Shown here: positions 12,742-23,496 of the stretch, in pieces
How positions within the stretch are numbered: position 1 is the stretch's first letter
Layout of the letters: each line of letters opens with the position of its first letter
Assembly: GCF_037042905.1 (NCBI RefSeq)
Contig: NC_087259.1
Coordinates: forward strand, 30,566,001 to 30,630,000
Length of the DNA: 64,000 nt
Source: Lytechinus pictus
Taxonomy: Eukaryota
Direction of reading: 5' to 3'
Program-made: the position numbers and the translations under genes
The notes under the pieces: generated by a model
The model's input: only the letters and a program-made list of their open reading frames with translations
Told to the model about the DNA's origin: nothing
Database searches by the model: none

Positions 12742-13390
12742 AAGACAGAAATTAGAATCCATTTGAATTGTACGGGATGAAGCAATTGACTTCATCAACA
12801 TGCTTGTTGAAATGAGAAGGAACACAGTGAACAATAATAAAAAACAAGGTAAACAGGAGTAAATTACAAAGAGGTACTTGCAATGGAGACATGGCATTAA
12901 CGTTCCAATCATTTGTTGTTAAGAGTCATCAGGGATGGTTCAAGCGATACTGCAGGCCAAAAATAATTATATTTAAAGAAATAAGAGTAAAAATTAACAG
13001 AGCAAAACTCTGAAAGTTTTATCAAAATCTGATAAAACAAAATAAGTTATTGAATTTTAAAGTTTGACAACATTTTGCAAAAACGTTTAAAATGTCATAA
13101 CTTTATTTGTTGTCCAAATTTAATGAAATTTCCAGTGTTTTGTTTGTCTGATTTTACTTTATCTGTTCAAATCATACTGTTTTCAGCCTGGAGTATCCCT
13201 TTTAATCCCAACACAAGAAGGAAGATCGAATCCAGAAGTTTTCCAACATTGAGTGAAGAAGTTGAAGCTACTTAACAAAGAATTCTAAGAGTAATGCAGG
13301 TAACCTGATGTGCTGGGTGCATCGATGGAAACTGTTTACATTAGGAGTGAGTGATGGGAAACCATTCCAATCAAGTGTAATAGTTGATTG
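12742..13390 (+). pseudogene. Decayed inverted copy of Harbinger transposase coding exons 2-3, interrupted by a MITE remnant (~12955-13205)
   Basis: AAGACAGAAATTAGAATCCATTTGAATTGTACGGGATGAAGC, TTCCAATCATTTGTTGTTAAGAGTCATCAGGGATG and AGAAGGAAGATCGAATCC...GAAGAAGTTGAAGCTAC...GGTGCATCGATGG...TACATTAGGAGT align to the reverse complement of 17391-17610 and 16337-16623, with stops and indels. Confidence 0.8.
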
Positions 13391-14170
13391 CAAAAAAGAG
13401 TTTCATGCAGCTAACCTTACATCCTTAGTTACATTCACTGGTAGTACAAATATTTTTTTTAAGTAATTAACCATCCTGACTACACTCAACAATAACTCCA
13501 AAATAAAGATTTTCTGAATATTTTTCTATAACTTGTCACATCCCAAATTGAGAAATAATTTCAATTGAATGAAAATTTTAACTTGTGTAAAATAATTTTA
13601 AAACAGCACAAGAATATGTAAATTTTGCCATAGAGTAACTGATATAATAGAACTGTGACAGCTTGCATGAAATGCTATTGAATAGAAAATCAATAATTCT
13701 CTAATAATGTTGTAATTCTTAAGTGGCTAGTAATGACAGTAGTAGCTTTTACTAGGACGTAATGGCAGAGGTATAAAATATTACAGAATGTATATGATCT
13801 TTTAAAACATAAATTTCAGCTGCGGTTATGATGTCAAGATGGTTCAAAAAGAATTCAATAAAATGACAACCGAGGATTTGTAAACTGGCCATCTTCATTG
13901 TATTATATTTCATCTGAGATTTAATTTAGGGTATTATTATCTTGTTAGGTGCTCTCTATTACCCCGGTTAGGCTCGGCTGCTGATTCTGATGCTCACAGC
14001 TTTTTCATGTATTTAAGAACATAATTAAAAATATAAATGTAGTTGCATAAAACTCTTGTTTGCTGGAATGATAACAAGTACCTTGACAGCATCAGCATTC
14101 ACAGATTTTCTCTGAAGTGACTGAAAAAACAGCAAGGGCTTGAGCAGATTGTTCTGAGTGGTTACCTGGA

Positions 14171-17100
14171 TTAGCGGGTGAAGTGATCCTCAATGATCTG
14201 TTCTCTCCTGAGCCTACCAGCGACTGCATCGCGGTGGCCAGGAGGAAGGTGATCCAGTGGCATATCATTATCAGGCTCAGGTCCTTGAAATTCTTCCTCG
14301 CGCCACTCCAAAGATATATTCCAAAGGACCGAGCATGCCACTATAACTATGAATGCAGTGTCCACCTTCACACGCAAATCATTGAGGCAAGGGAATCTCC
14401 TCTTCCAACGGCCAAAGGTGCGCTCAATAACACAGCGGCCTCTCTTGTGGGCATGATTGTAGCGCATCTCTGGCCGTTGGAGAGGGTTTTGGAGGGGAGT
14501 CATCAAAAAGGGGAGGCACGCGTACCTGCAAAATAATGAGAAAGAAACAAAATAATAAGTGAACATAGATAATATTGAACAAAACTTGCCAAATAAAAAT
14601 GCAAAGGACTTCTGTAAGTATTCTGTTGCATTTTCAAGATGACAAAAAGACCTAAAATAAATATTCAAAAAACCCCATAATATCCAAAGTATATAAAATG
14701 TCAATGAATTTGTTTATAATTATCATGGTTAAGGTTTGATTATCTTGAAACATGTTCTGTAAATCAAAGTTACATGTTATTTTCGTTAATTTTGTGTGTG
14801 GTCTATATCCATTTTGAAACTGAAATGCATATTTCTTCTTCCTTTCATCACCCTTAGTTTTAGTTTACTATTTGAAAAATCATGGGGAGGAGCAGCCACT
14901 CCACCACCCCTCCCCCTAGCTATGTAGCAGTTATAATTCATGAAATTTAAAAATTACTTTGACATACAAATATATAAGGCCACGCATCTTGAACTCACCC
15001 CATTTGTGTTATGTCACAATTGAATAGTGCACCTATCGGTAATCAAATGGTCATAACTTAAATAAAAATTATCCTATCCTTACAAAACTATATTTTTTCA
15101 GAAGAAAATTTCATGAGGATTCCATAAATGGCATTAAGTGAAGTAGAAAAATTGCTAACATATTATGAGTGAAAATCTTTGACATTTTACAACCCCCAAT
15201 ATACTTTATTTCAAACATCCATAATTTTTTCCTCTTTGCCCATATCATTAATTACTTAACATTTTTGTATTGCTTATTATTTACATGATATATAACTTCA
15301 AGGGATTCATTCATTTCATACAGATCATATTGATATGTAAATTTTGAATATCCAATACTGACATTTCTTTTCTGTCATTGCTTTACTTTCTAAAAAAATC
15401 ATAATAAATGAAGGACTCTGTGATGTGTACAGAGGTGTATTTTTATGCCCATTATATCAAAGGACAAGTCCATCCCAACAAAAATTTGATTTGACTAAAA
15501 AGAGAAAAATCCATTAAGCATGACACTGAAAATTTCATCCAAATTGTTAGAAGCAGTATTTTATATTTCATGCATTGTTTTACGGGAAGCAAGTGAAGGT
15601 TTTTTTAAGTACATGTAGTTGGTTACATTTTTTTTTTAATCGACATACCCACTATCTCCAAGCAACAACCCAGAACCATCTGCTCTTGCCTCTAGCTGCA
15701 ATTTCAGTGCACTCTCATTGAAAATCCGTGAATCATGAGTGCTGCCAGGCCACCTTGCCACGATACTTGTTATCTTTCCAGCATTATCACAAACAACCTA
15801 ATCATGGTACACAGAGAAACATCAATAGGAGAAAGAAAAAAACACATGATAAATTGAATTCGTTCATCATCTTCTTTTCATCTTCTTAACACCTTCTTCA
15901 TCATCTTTTCATATTAATATATATGCTAACTTCTTAAAATAAAACAAATCAATTAAAGGGGAAAAACATTTTATGAGAAACATATAAATGAAAATCAATA
16001 TCAAAGTATATCAAAAGTACCTGAAAATAAATTCTTAGACTGTAGCATCTAATTAATATCTAAATAAATAAATTTCTAATGAAAATGCTCAAGAGCATAT
16101 TTAAAGGAAAAATAAGAAAAATACAGTACATTACAAAGAGAGGGTGCTAAATAAAACAATCTAAATTTCAATGTTTAAAAAAGAAATCAATGACCGCTAT
16201 TATACTTTAGTGACATTGGAATTATGATAGGAGTACAAGTCACATTATCGACCCTTTACCAAAACTTCAGACTGGCATAACAGAGTATACGTTTATGAAG
16301 ATAAGTACCGGTAATATATTAAAAATGCAATCTAACCTGCACATTGATGGAATACCTGTTCTTCCGGTTAAGAAAGTACAGGGCTTGTTCCCCACCAGGA
16401 CTCCTAATGTATACATGAGTCCCATCGATGGCACCTATGACGCCAGGAAACCCGCAGTACTCGTAGAATCTCTGCTGGGTAGATTCAACCTCTTCTCTCA
16501 TAGTTGGAAATCTTATGAATTCTCTCTTCCTTCTTGCAATAGCCTCAGAAACATCTCTGATGACTCTGCAAACAGATGATTGGGACATTGATGCTTCGTC
16601 CCCATGCATCCTCTGGAATGAACCTGAATTAGAAAAAGAAATTCTAATGTATAAAATTTGAACTGGATAATTTTCCTAATAAAACCAAAACAATTATAAA
16701 TAGAACATAGATAAAGAAAATAACAAATGAATATTGAAAAATATAATGGGATGAAACATATTGAGCGTAGTGAAACATGGTGTTTGGTGTTAGAAAAATC
16801 AATACGCAAATGCATTTGTTACACCGATCCTTGTAATGACAATGATTACTTGAATTATGGTCAAACATCCAGAAATTCAATTTTTTTTTTCGTTTCAAGA
16901 GGGGGGGGGGGGGGACAGAATATTACATATTTAGTTTGATGTTGTTGATTAAAGGTTTTTAGACAATTCTGATATCAGTGTTAACTAGGGTTCTGTCTAC
17001 ATTAGCTAATCAATATTATTATAAATGGATTACTTTGCACAAAAACTTTTACACCAGTTACTAGTAATGTAATGAGTTGCTTTAATGTAACCTAAATTCA

Positions 17101-18142
17101 TGCACTGGTGTACAGATGAAAGGGGGATCTTGGGGGGGCTATGCCACTTCTCTCTCTCTCTCTCTCTTGTTGACATTTATAAATTTAAGTAATGTCATGG
17201 AAAGTTGTGTGGATGTATAATGAAAATAACAATGACATCTTTTGTGGTTTATTAAACAAATTATTTTCACCAGCATTGAGTCATAGACTAGTGCAATAAT
17301 CAGAGACTGATGAATGCAATATATACATGTATGATATACCCCTCAAGCGCATCCAATATCATACATATTTGGTGGATAATATGAACTCACCAACTGCATA
17401 AAATCGCAAAGTTGTCAGAACCTGCAAAAAAACAGGTAGTGGTTCATTACGTTCTGTATTCCTCCTCAGATCACCCTCAAGCATGTTGATGAGATGGAGC
17501 GCAGTCTCTTTTGACAAGCGATACCGCATTCGAAAGGCTTCATCCACGTACAACTCAAAAGGATTCATTCTGTCTTGTAATCCCCTTTGAGGTCTGGGCC
17601 TATTGGCTATCTGTGTGTACATGGAAAAATTATTTAGAGTAAACATGAAAAAAGTGGTAATTCAAGATTCCCTGAACAATAGGCAAGGTTTGTAAACATT
17701 TAGCCACCCCCCCCCTCCTAGTCTTCTTAGGTATCATATGGAAATAGCCATGTCTATTTAGGATTAAGTTTGTTTTTCTTTTCCTAATTTTTTTACTAAT
17801 ACATACATTGCAATTTGCATACATCAAGTCACGTTTCAAGTAATCTGGTGCTTTAATTGCCGTACTTTCGTTCATTTTGGCTCAATCCATTTTTTATACC
17901 TTGGAGGAAAATTGTCACTGCTTGTGCAAGTAGGAACGAATATTTGCCATGTTGGTTTCATCACTAGTGCTTCAACAAATATCTCCTCCACATTTAGAAA
18001 CAATTTTGACAGTTATAAAAAAAGGAAATATTTTGTGATAAGCACTGCATCAGTATGTTTTTCAATAGAAACAAAAGCTTACCTCTCTGACCCTGTCGAC
18101 GCGATCAAGGTGCATCAAATGAGCACGGTGATTTTCTGCCAT
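14171..18142 (-). CDS. Harbinger DDE transposase (HARBI1-like, DDE_Tnp_4), 356 aa, intact
   Basis: Coding exons (minus strand) 18142-18083, 17610-17391, 16623-16337, 15797-15649 and 14525-14171; GT-AG, phases 0/1/0/2 compatible, 1071 nt in total. Motifs LRFYAVG, SQSSVCR, GAIDGTHV, SINVQVVCD, WPGSTHDSRIF, LLGDSGY and VIERTFGRWKRRFPCL are present. Confidence 0.93.
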
Positions 18143-19475
18143 ACCAGTATTTGTTCTGCATAGAAAATGAAAATGACAGAGGGTAAAGTTTCAATGGCAA
18201 AGAAAATACATATTAGATGAGCATGAGACTAGAATGAGGTTCAGTATTTATCTATTAACTCATTGAGATAACAGTTTGCCAAACTTCTCTCAAATCTGTA
18301 TTCTGAAAATTGTCTTACTCATTTTACTGTATCTCTGTAAGGACGTCCCCTATTTTATCTCTGAAAAGGCCCATTTTTTTTCCTTTGCTAAAAATACATG
18401 TGACTGCTCTCCCAAATTTAATTTCTTATGCTTCTGATTTCTATGATGTGCAATCAATGATAAAATTCAATCCTACAGATCAATCACAAGTTATTGGGAC
18501 AAGGACGAGTGTTACCTTCAATGGGAGAATGATATCAACAGCGTACTCCACCCGTTCTGAGAAACTATTCGCTGGCAAGTAACAGTATTACTCTGGCTGG
18601 TGGTAGACTGGTAGCTCTAATAACGTCACTGTGATCACACTGGCTAGAGACTGTACAGAATGATACATATTGACAATAGGCAATCAAATCATAGCTAAAG
18701 AAATACATAGGTCTATCTATAGTCTGCATGTCAGATCGATTCTTTCATGAACCAACATAAACAAATATGTTAATTTCAGACCCAATGTCAATTTTAGACT
18801 CAACAAATATGTCATTCACGATAAATAATATTGGAAAAGGGGGTTGACATTGGCGTGGAAAACTAGAAATTCAAGAAAAATAGAGGAAATGTATTTAAAG
18901 AAAATTCATCATACATACATGTTAGCAATCAACACTCTGTTTGGTTTGCTGAGCATTTACGTGATTTAGAATTTGCACATACCGGTAATTCTAGACTAGA
19001 CCCCCCCCCCCCAAAAAAAAACTTATGCACAAATACAAATAAAAAACAACATCTTATACAGGTCTCAGCACAGCCTTCCGAGAAAAAACTCCCTACTTAC
19101 CCCCCCCCCCCCCTCATACCCTCTCCATAAACACAGACTGCCATCATAAGCCATTGCATACATGTACATGTAGATCTGTTTATCCATACTTCTTTCTTAA
19201 TTAGGATAAAATGATTTTATGAAGTTCTAAAGAGCAATTTTGCATGTATAGACTGTAACATTTATTATTTTTAGACCACTGACCATTCGTTTACAATGTT
19301 TGTCATTTCGGCCAAGTTGTCATTGTTCCATCTCTAGCTTTGAAAAGGTGTGTGCATTGTCCTCATAAATTATCACCAAGCACTCTCTTAACATTTATTT
19401 TCATTAATGTCACAAGTTTCATAATCACAGACAATTAGCAAATTAAAAAAAAATATTCAGTTCCATATAGTCCAG

Positions 19476-20296
19476 GGGCGGTATTTTGAGGTCATTTTAT
19501 CTTTAAAATATTTTATTTTATCTCTTAAAATGAAATTGGTATTCTGAGATGACATTTTATCTCTCAGTTAAAATTTGAAATTTTATCTTGCGAATAATTT
19601 TATCTTGCGTATCTATGACGATACGCAATACAGAGCAGTGGCTGCGTAGACATACCCATCACGTATCTGGGTATTGCAACGCGCATGATGTGCTTGCGCC
19701 CAAGTTACTTTGAAAAAAAAAAAAAAAACTTAAAAGAGGGTAGGGGCTATTTTATCTCCGCGACGTTGATTTCACCAATATTTCTAGGTGAATTAACCCC
19801 AAATATTGACGCGAAAATGAAGAAAAATTAAATATTTATTGAGAATACCAGCTTAACGTTATTCCTGTACAATCAGAAAGTATTTCATAAGGCTTGTCTT
19901 GACTAATATTGTCTTTGAAATGATGCTTGAAAAGATGGGATATAGACTTCGAAAAAAGATGAGAGTATTGTCCTTTTTGTCAAAAAGAAATCTCTATAAA
20001 GACGCGTAAGCGTATAGTGTAAGCGTATTTGAAGTCAATAAATTGACGCAATCTCACTCCTTTGCCACACCTCCTCGCGGAATGGATTTCAATTGGTTGA
20101 GTGACACAAGAGAGCTATAAAAGCGCGTTTCTAATTGGATATTGATTAAAAAGTAGGTGTTTCTTATAAAATGAAGATAAAATTGTACTCAGAAAACCAA
20201 TTTTGAGAGATTTTAAGGGTATTTTATCTCACTGATTTTAACGGAGATAAAATATTTTATTTTATCTGAGATAAAATGGATCTCAGAATACCACCC
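19476..20296. mobile_element. Non-autonomous Harbinger-type MITE nested in the transposase 5'UTR intron
   Basis: TIRs GGGCGGTATTTTGAG / CTCAGAATACCACCC; CAG duplicated at 19473-19475 and 20297-20299; subterminal TTTTATCT repeats. Confidence 0.8.
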
Positions 20297-20377
20297 CAGA
20301 TCTAGATCTCTAGACTAAGGAATTATATTTTTTAAGTCACAGGCATATTTTTGGTGAGGACCTCTATTAAGTGGAAA

Positions 20378-21166
20378 GTTGGCGAAGAACAATAGGAAAC
20401 AAGATGGCGGCGTAAACATCGGGCAAGTCTCTTCCGTCTTTTCATAATATTTTTCTCATTTTTTAAAATGAATTCTTGTTTTAAAAAAAATCGATGGCGT
20501 AGAAATGTCGGAAATGAAGTTGTATCCCATGTACATGATTTAGGGCTAGATCTTTTAGAAGGAAATTAGAAATCTCGGGGGCGAAAGTTTCAGGTTTTTT
20601 GGCGGTACACACAGATGAATGGGAAGGAATACCTATTACCTGGCTTCATTGAGAGTAAGCACACATCAGCCGCCTGGCTAGTACAGGGGACTCAACAGCC
20701 ATATGTTTATGTATTTAACTTAAGTTGTTGTTGTTGTTAAGTTCGGATAAAACCGTGAAGTGAAGTCGCACGACAGCCGAAGACGAAGTAAGTCACTGTT
20801 TTTCCCCCTTTCTTTCAACTTTCAAGTTTATTTTCCCCGTGTTGATGCAAACCGTGCATGAAATTCAGGCCAAAACGGAATAATCTTTTATAATAGTATT
20901 AGTTAGGCCTAGGCCTAACTTTTTAGTAGGCCTAGCCCTAGGCCTATGACATGTTATAATTTATATTTTTATGAAATAAAAAAAAATTAAAGACAAAGAT
21001 CGGTGAGCACGTCGGGGAGATTTTTCATTGTCAATCCCCAGTATGGTGGCTGCACAATAATGAACCGTCTGTGTACGAGGAAACATTAAAAAAAAGAATT
21101 TAAAATGTTAAAAAAATCCTCGAAACAGACATGACTGACACTGACAGACGGCTGACAGCTGTCTAG
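20378..21166 (+). repeat. Dispersed repeat shared with 37463-38157 plus 39187-39194; carries a YY1-type motif and a splice donor
   Basis: AAACAAGATGGCGGCGTAAACATCGGGCAAGTCTCTTCCGTCTTTTCA ... CCTCGAAACAGAC ... CTGTCTAG is collinear in both places. Confidence 0.85.
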
Positions 21167-21661
21167 ATTATTTAGAGTAGGCCTAGGCCTAGACTGATTT
21201 TTATTCTCCAGGATCAGGAGCCTAAGTTCAGGCTAGAGTAGGATAGACCATGTAGATCTAAGAAAATCCAGCGACAGGGTCAGGAGGAATCAGAAATTTC
21301 GGAAGAACTGAGAGAAAAAGGGAACAAGTCAAGGGTCTAATCGTCTGACGGCCGACGGGTCCGTAACGGAACTCTAGCAGGTTCCGGGACAGCCCGACCA
21401 CCGGGGTCGGGCTGTCCGGTGGTCGGGCTGTCCGGACCCCCTCTAGCAGTGTCACAGAGCTCGCGAAAGACCAACACAGAAATGCACTTATGGGGCTACG
21501 CAAAACCATTTCCGCAGGAGAATTATTCACTCACTCGACTCTCATGACCGCACCTAAGATACATGCATTTTATGACATAAATTCGTACATTACTTCACAA
21601 ATCAATGCATAAAAAGTTACGAAAAATATTGCTCATCAAAACAAAATGTCAAATTACTCAC

Positions 21662-21805
21662 AATTTTCTCGGAGCTCGGTCCAGCAAGTATTTTATATCA
21701 CGGTGCTTTCACGTCCAGTGTTCCACTTTTTTAGCTGCAAAATTGCCGCCCAGCGATCGTCTGCATAAAATGTACCCAAATGCTGCGCTGTGATTGGCCA
21801 ATTAC
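21662..21805 (-). promoter_or_regulatory. Putative transposase promoter and non-coding first exon
   Basis: Minus-strand donor GTGAGTAA at 21661-21654; double CCAAT box GATTGGCCAAT at 21792-21802 just inside the right subterminal repeats; the ATG exon has its acceptor at 18157-18156, so an upstream exon is needed. Confidence 0.45.
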
Positions 21806-21811
21806 GCCTAA

Positions 21812-21990
21812 AATCCACGGATTCTGTGGAGTCCACTGTTCAGACCACCCCAAACAGTTGACTCGAAATCGTGACGTAATAGGCTTGGTCGAATCCGTGG
21901 ATTCGGTCGAGTCCACCTTTGTGAATCACAAAAGCGAATCAGTGGACTGTGGATCTTGCAAAATCCGTGGATTCGTCCGTGGATTTTGCA
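21812..21990. repeat. Right subterminal array of AATCCRYGGATT-type palindromes
   Basis: AATCCACGGATT, AATCCGTGGATT (twice), AATCAGTGGACT and GTCCGTGGATT inside the right TIR. Confidence 0.8.
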
Positions 21991-22315
21991 GAATCCACCT
22001 TTGTGAATTCGGGCCATTGTATTTGCTTTGTTGACAAACGAATCAAGGGATCTGCATGAGATTGGTCTGGTAAGAAACCTTCCATTTTTTACATTTTTAT
22101 CAACCAATTTTTTAAACCTTCATACGCATTAGGCGTAGGAAGGAAGGTGTAAAAATAAATAACATCACCACCATTTACGTGATTTTTACTTTAAAAGATG
22201 GATTTCTATCTTTGTTTTGGTCAGTCTCTTATGCGTCTATGAAAAGAGTGTCAAGACTCCATGATGAAGAAGTATGTCAAAATATTTAAAAAAACATCAT
22301 AGAGTCCTCAAGACT

Positions 22316-22385
22316 AAGTATGGAAGCTGGCGTCATCGTAACCCAGGGAGCTCCCTGGGTTACGATGACGCCAGCTTCCATACTT
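22316..22385. repeat. Perfect 70-bp spacerless palindrome
   Basis: AAGTATGGAAGCTGGCGTCATCGTAACCCAGGGAG|CTCCCTGGGTTACGATGACGCCAGCTTCCATACTT, followed by a partial copy CAGGGAGCTCCCTGGGTTA. Confidence 0.97.
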
Positions 22386-23496
22386 CAGGGAGCTCCCTGG
22401 GTTAGCGTCATTGTAGTTTCGCACCTGTATTAATTAGAAATGTTAGATTTAATCCGTCTAATTTGCATATTAATAAGCCATAAATATTTTGGGCTTATCC
22501 TGAAATAAGTCACCTCTCTTCTTGTGTGTGTCAGTGTATGTGCGCTCGTTGTGTACAAAGTCAATGGGAGAGGAAAGAAGTCACCGCCGCTGACGAAATG
22601 AACGGCAGTGAATGAAGTGATGACTTAAACCAGGATAATGCCAATATTTTTGTCAGGCCAGCCAGCGCTGGGTGGTCTTATTTGCCCCACCGCAATGAGG
22701 CAAATGAGGCCGCCTGACCCTTTTTTTAATGAAATTATGTTGTTGTACTATTCAAAATTAAAATTAGTTCAGTTGGTTTGACTTTGATACAAATACAATC
22801 ACTTTACTAAAACACCCCCATTTGAGGATTAATTTATTAATCCTATCTAATATTATGAAGAAAAAACTTTGGATTGTGTTTTCTACTGTCACAGAACTAG
22901 TAATGTGTTTCTATGAATGTGTTTTATTGGTAGTGGACGCATACTCAAATGTGGTGATGTCTACACTGCATTTAGATGTAACCATAGTCCATAGAATTTT
23001 AATTATGTATTCATCTGGGTGGCCTCATTTGCCCTGTCGGACATCTTTAGTTCACAGGCATCGTGTCAGAAAAAAAAAAGGGAAAGTGGTGAAATTTACT
23101 ACAGTTCTGGCATGCTCAATAATACCTTAAGAAAGTAAACTAAGATAAAAGTTAATACACATTACTGGGTAGTTTACTTGCATCTCAGTCTAAAGTGGCA
23201 ATGCTACTTTCAAAATTTTGATTTTGAGGTGCTGCTGCGTTTTTGCTCCCTCTGGCCATGTGCACTTGGCTGTGAGACATTATCTATGCTCAAACAGTAA
23301 TCCATTTTACCATACCATTCTTGAGCAGTGAGCTAAAAACTAATAGGTGGCCTTATTTACCCCACCCTCCCCTATAGTCTGCCAAGTTGAAACAATTTTT
23401 TATGTATTTTCTCTTTATGTTTTGCAGGTCATGAAGCTATGAAGATAGGTTTGTGAATGAATGAGATGCTGAGTGAATACTGACTCAAGAATCAAG

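Larger units (their letters stand above)
3579..22016. mobile_element. Autonomous PIF/Harbinger DNA transposon, ~18.4 kb
   Basis: TIRs TGGCCCGAATTCACAAAGGTGGATTCT(A/G)CAAAATCCAC at 3579 and its reverse complement ending 22016; flanks TTA/TTG (TWA-type TSD with one mismatch); encloses a convergent Myb/SANT-like gene and a HARBI1-type transposase gene. Confidence 0.93.
3064..22320. mobile_element. Older foldback/MITE-like element with ~190-bp inverted arms (about 3064-3259 and 22142-22320), now split by the Harbinger
   Basis: Left arm TAGTCTTGAGGACTC...AGACGCATAAGAGACTGACCAAAACAAAGATAGAAATCCATC...TTTTTACACCTTCC is the reverse complement of 22142-22316; direct repeat AGTATGGAA at 3055-3063 and 22317-22325. 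Confidence 0.75.

Noticed and set aside
4101-18142. Domesticated host HARBI1 and NAIF1/MSANTD orthologs
   Set aside because: Both genes lie between matching TIRs with subterminal arrays inside another gene's intron, which indicates a transposon, so no gene symbols were assigned.
23473-23496. GTG start for the RING ORF
   Set aside because: A eukaryotic gene is more likely to start at the in-frame ATG at 23497 (AAGATGG).
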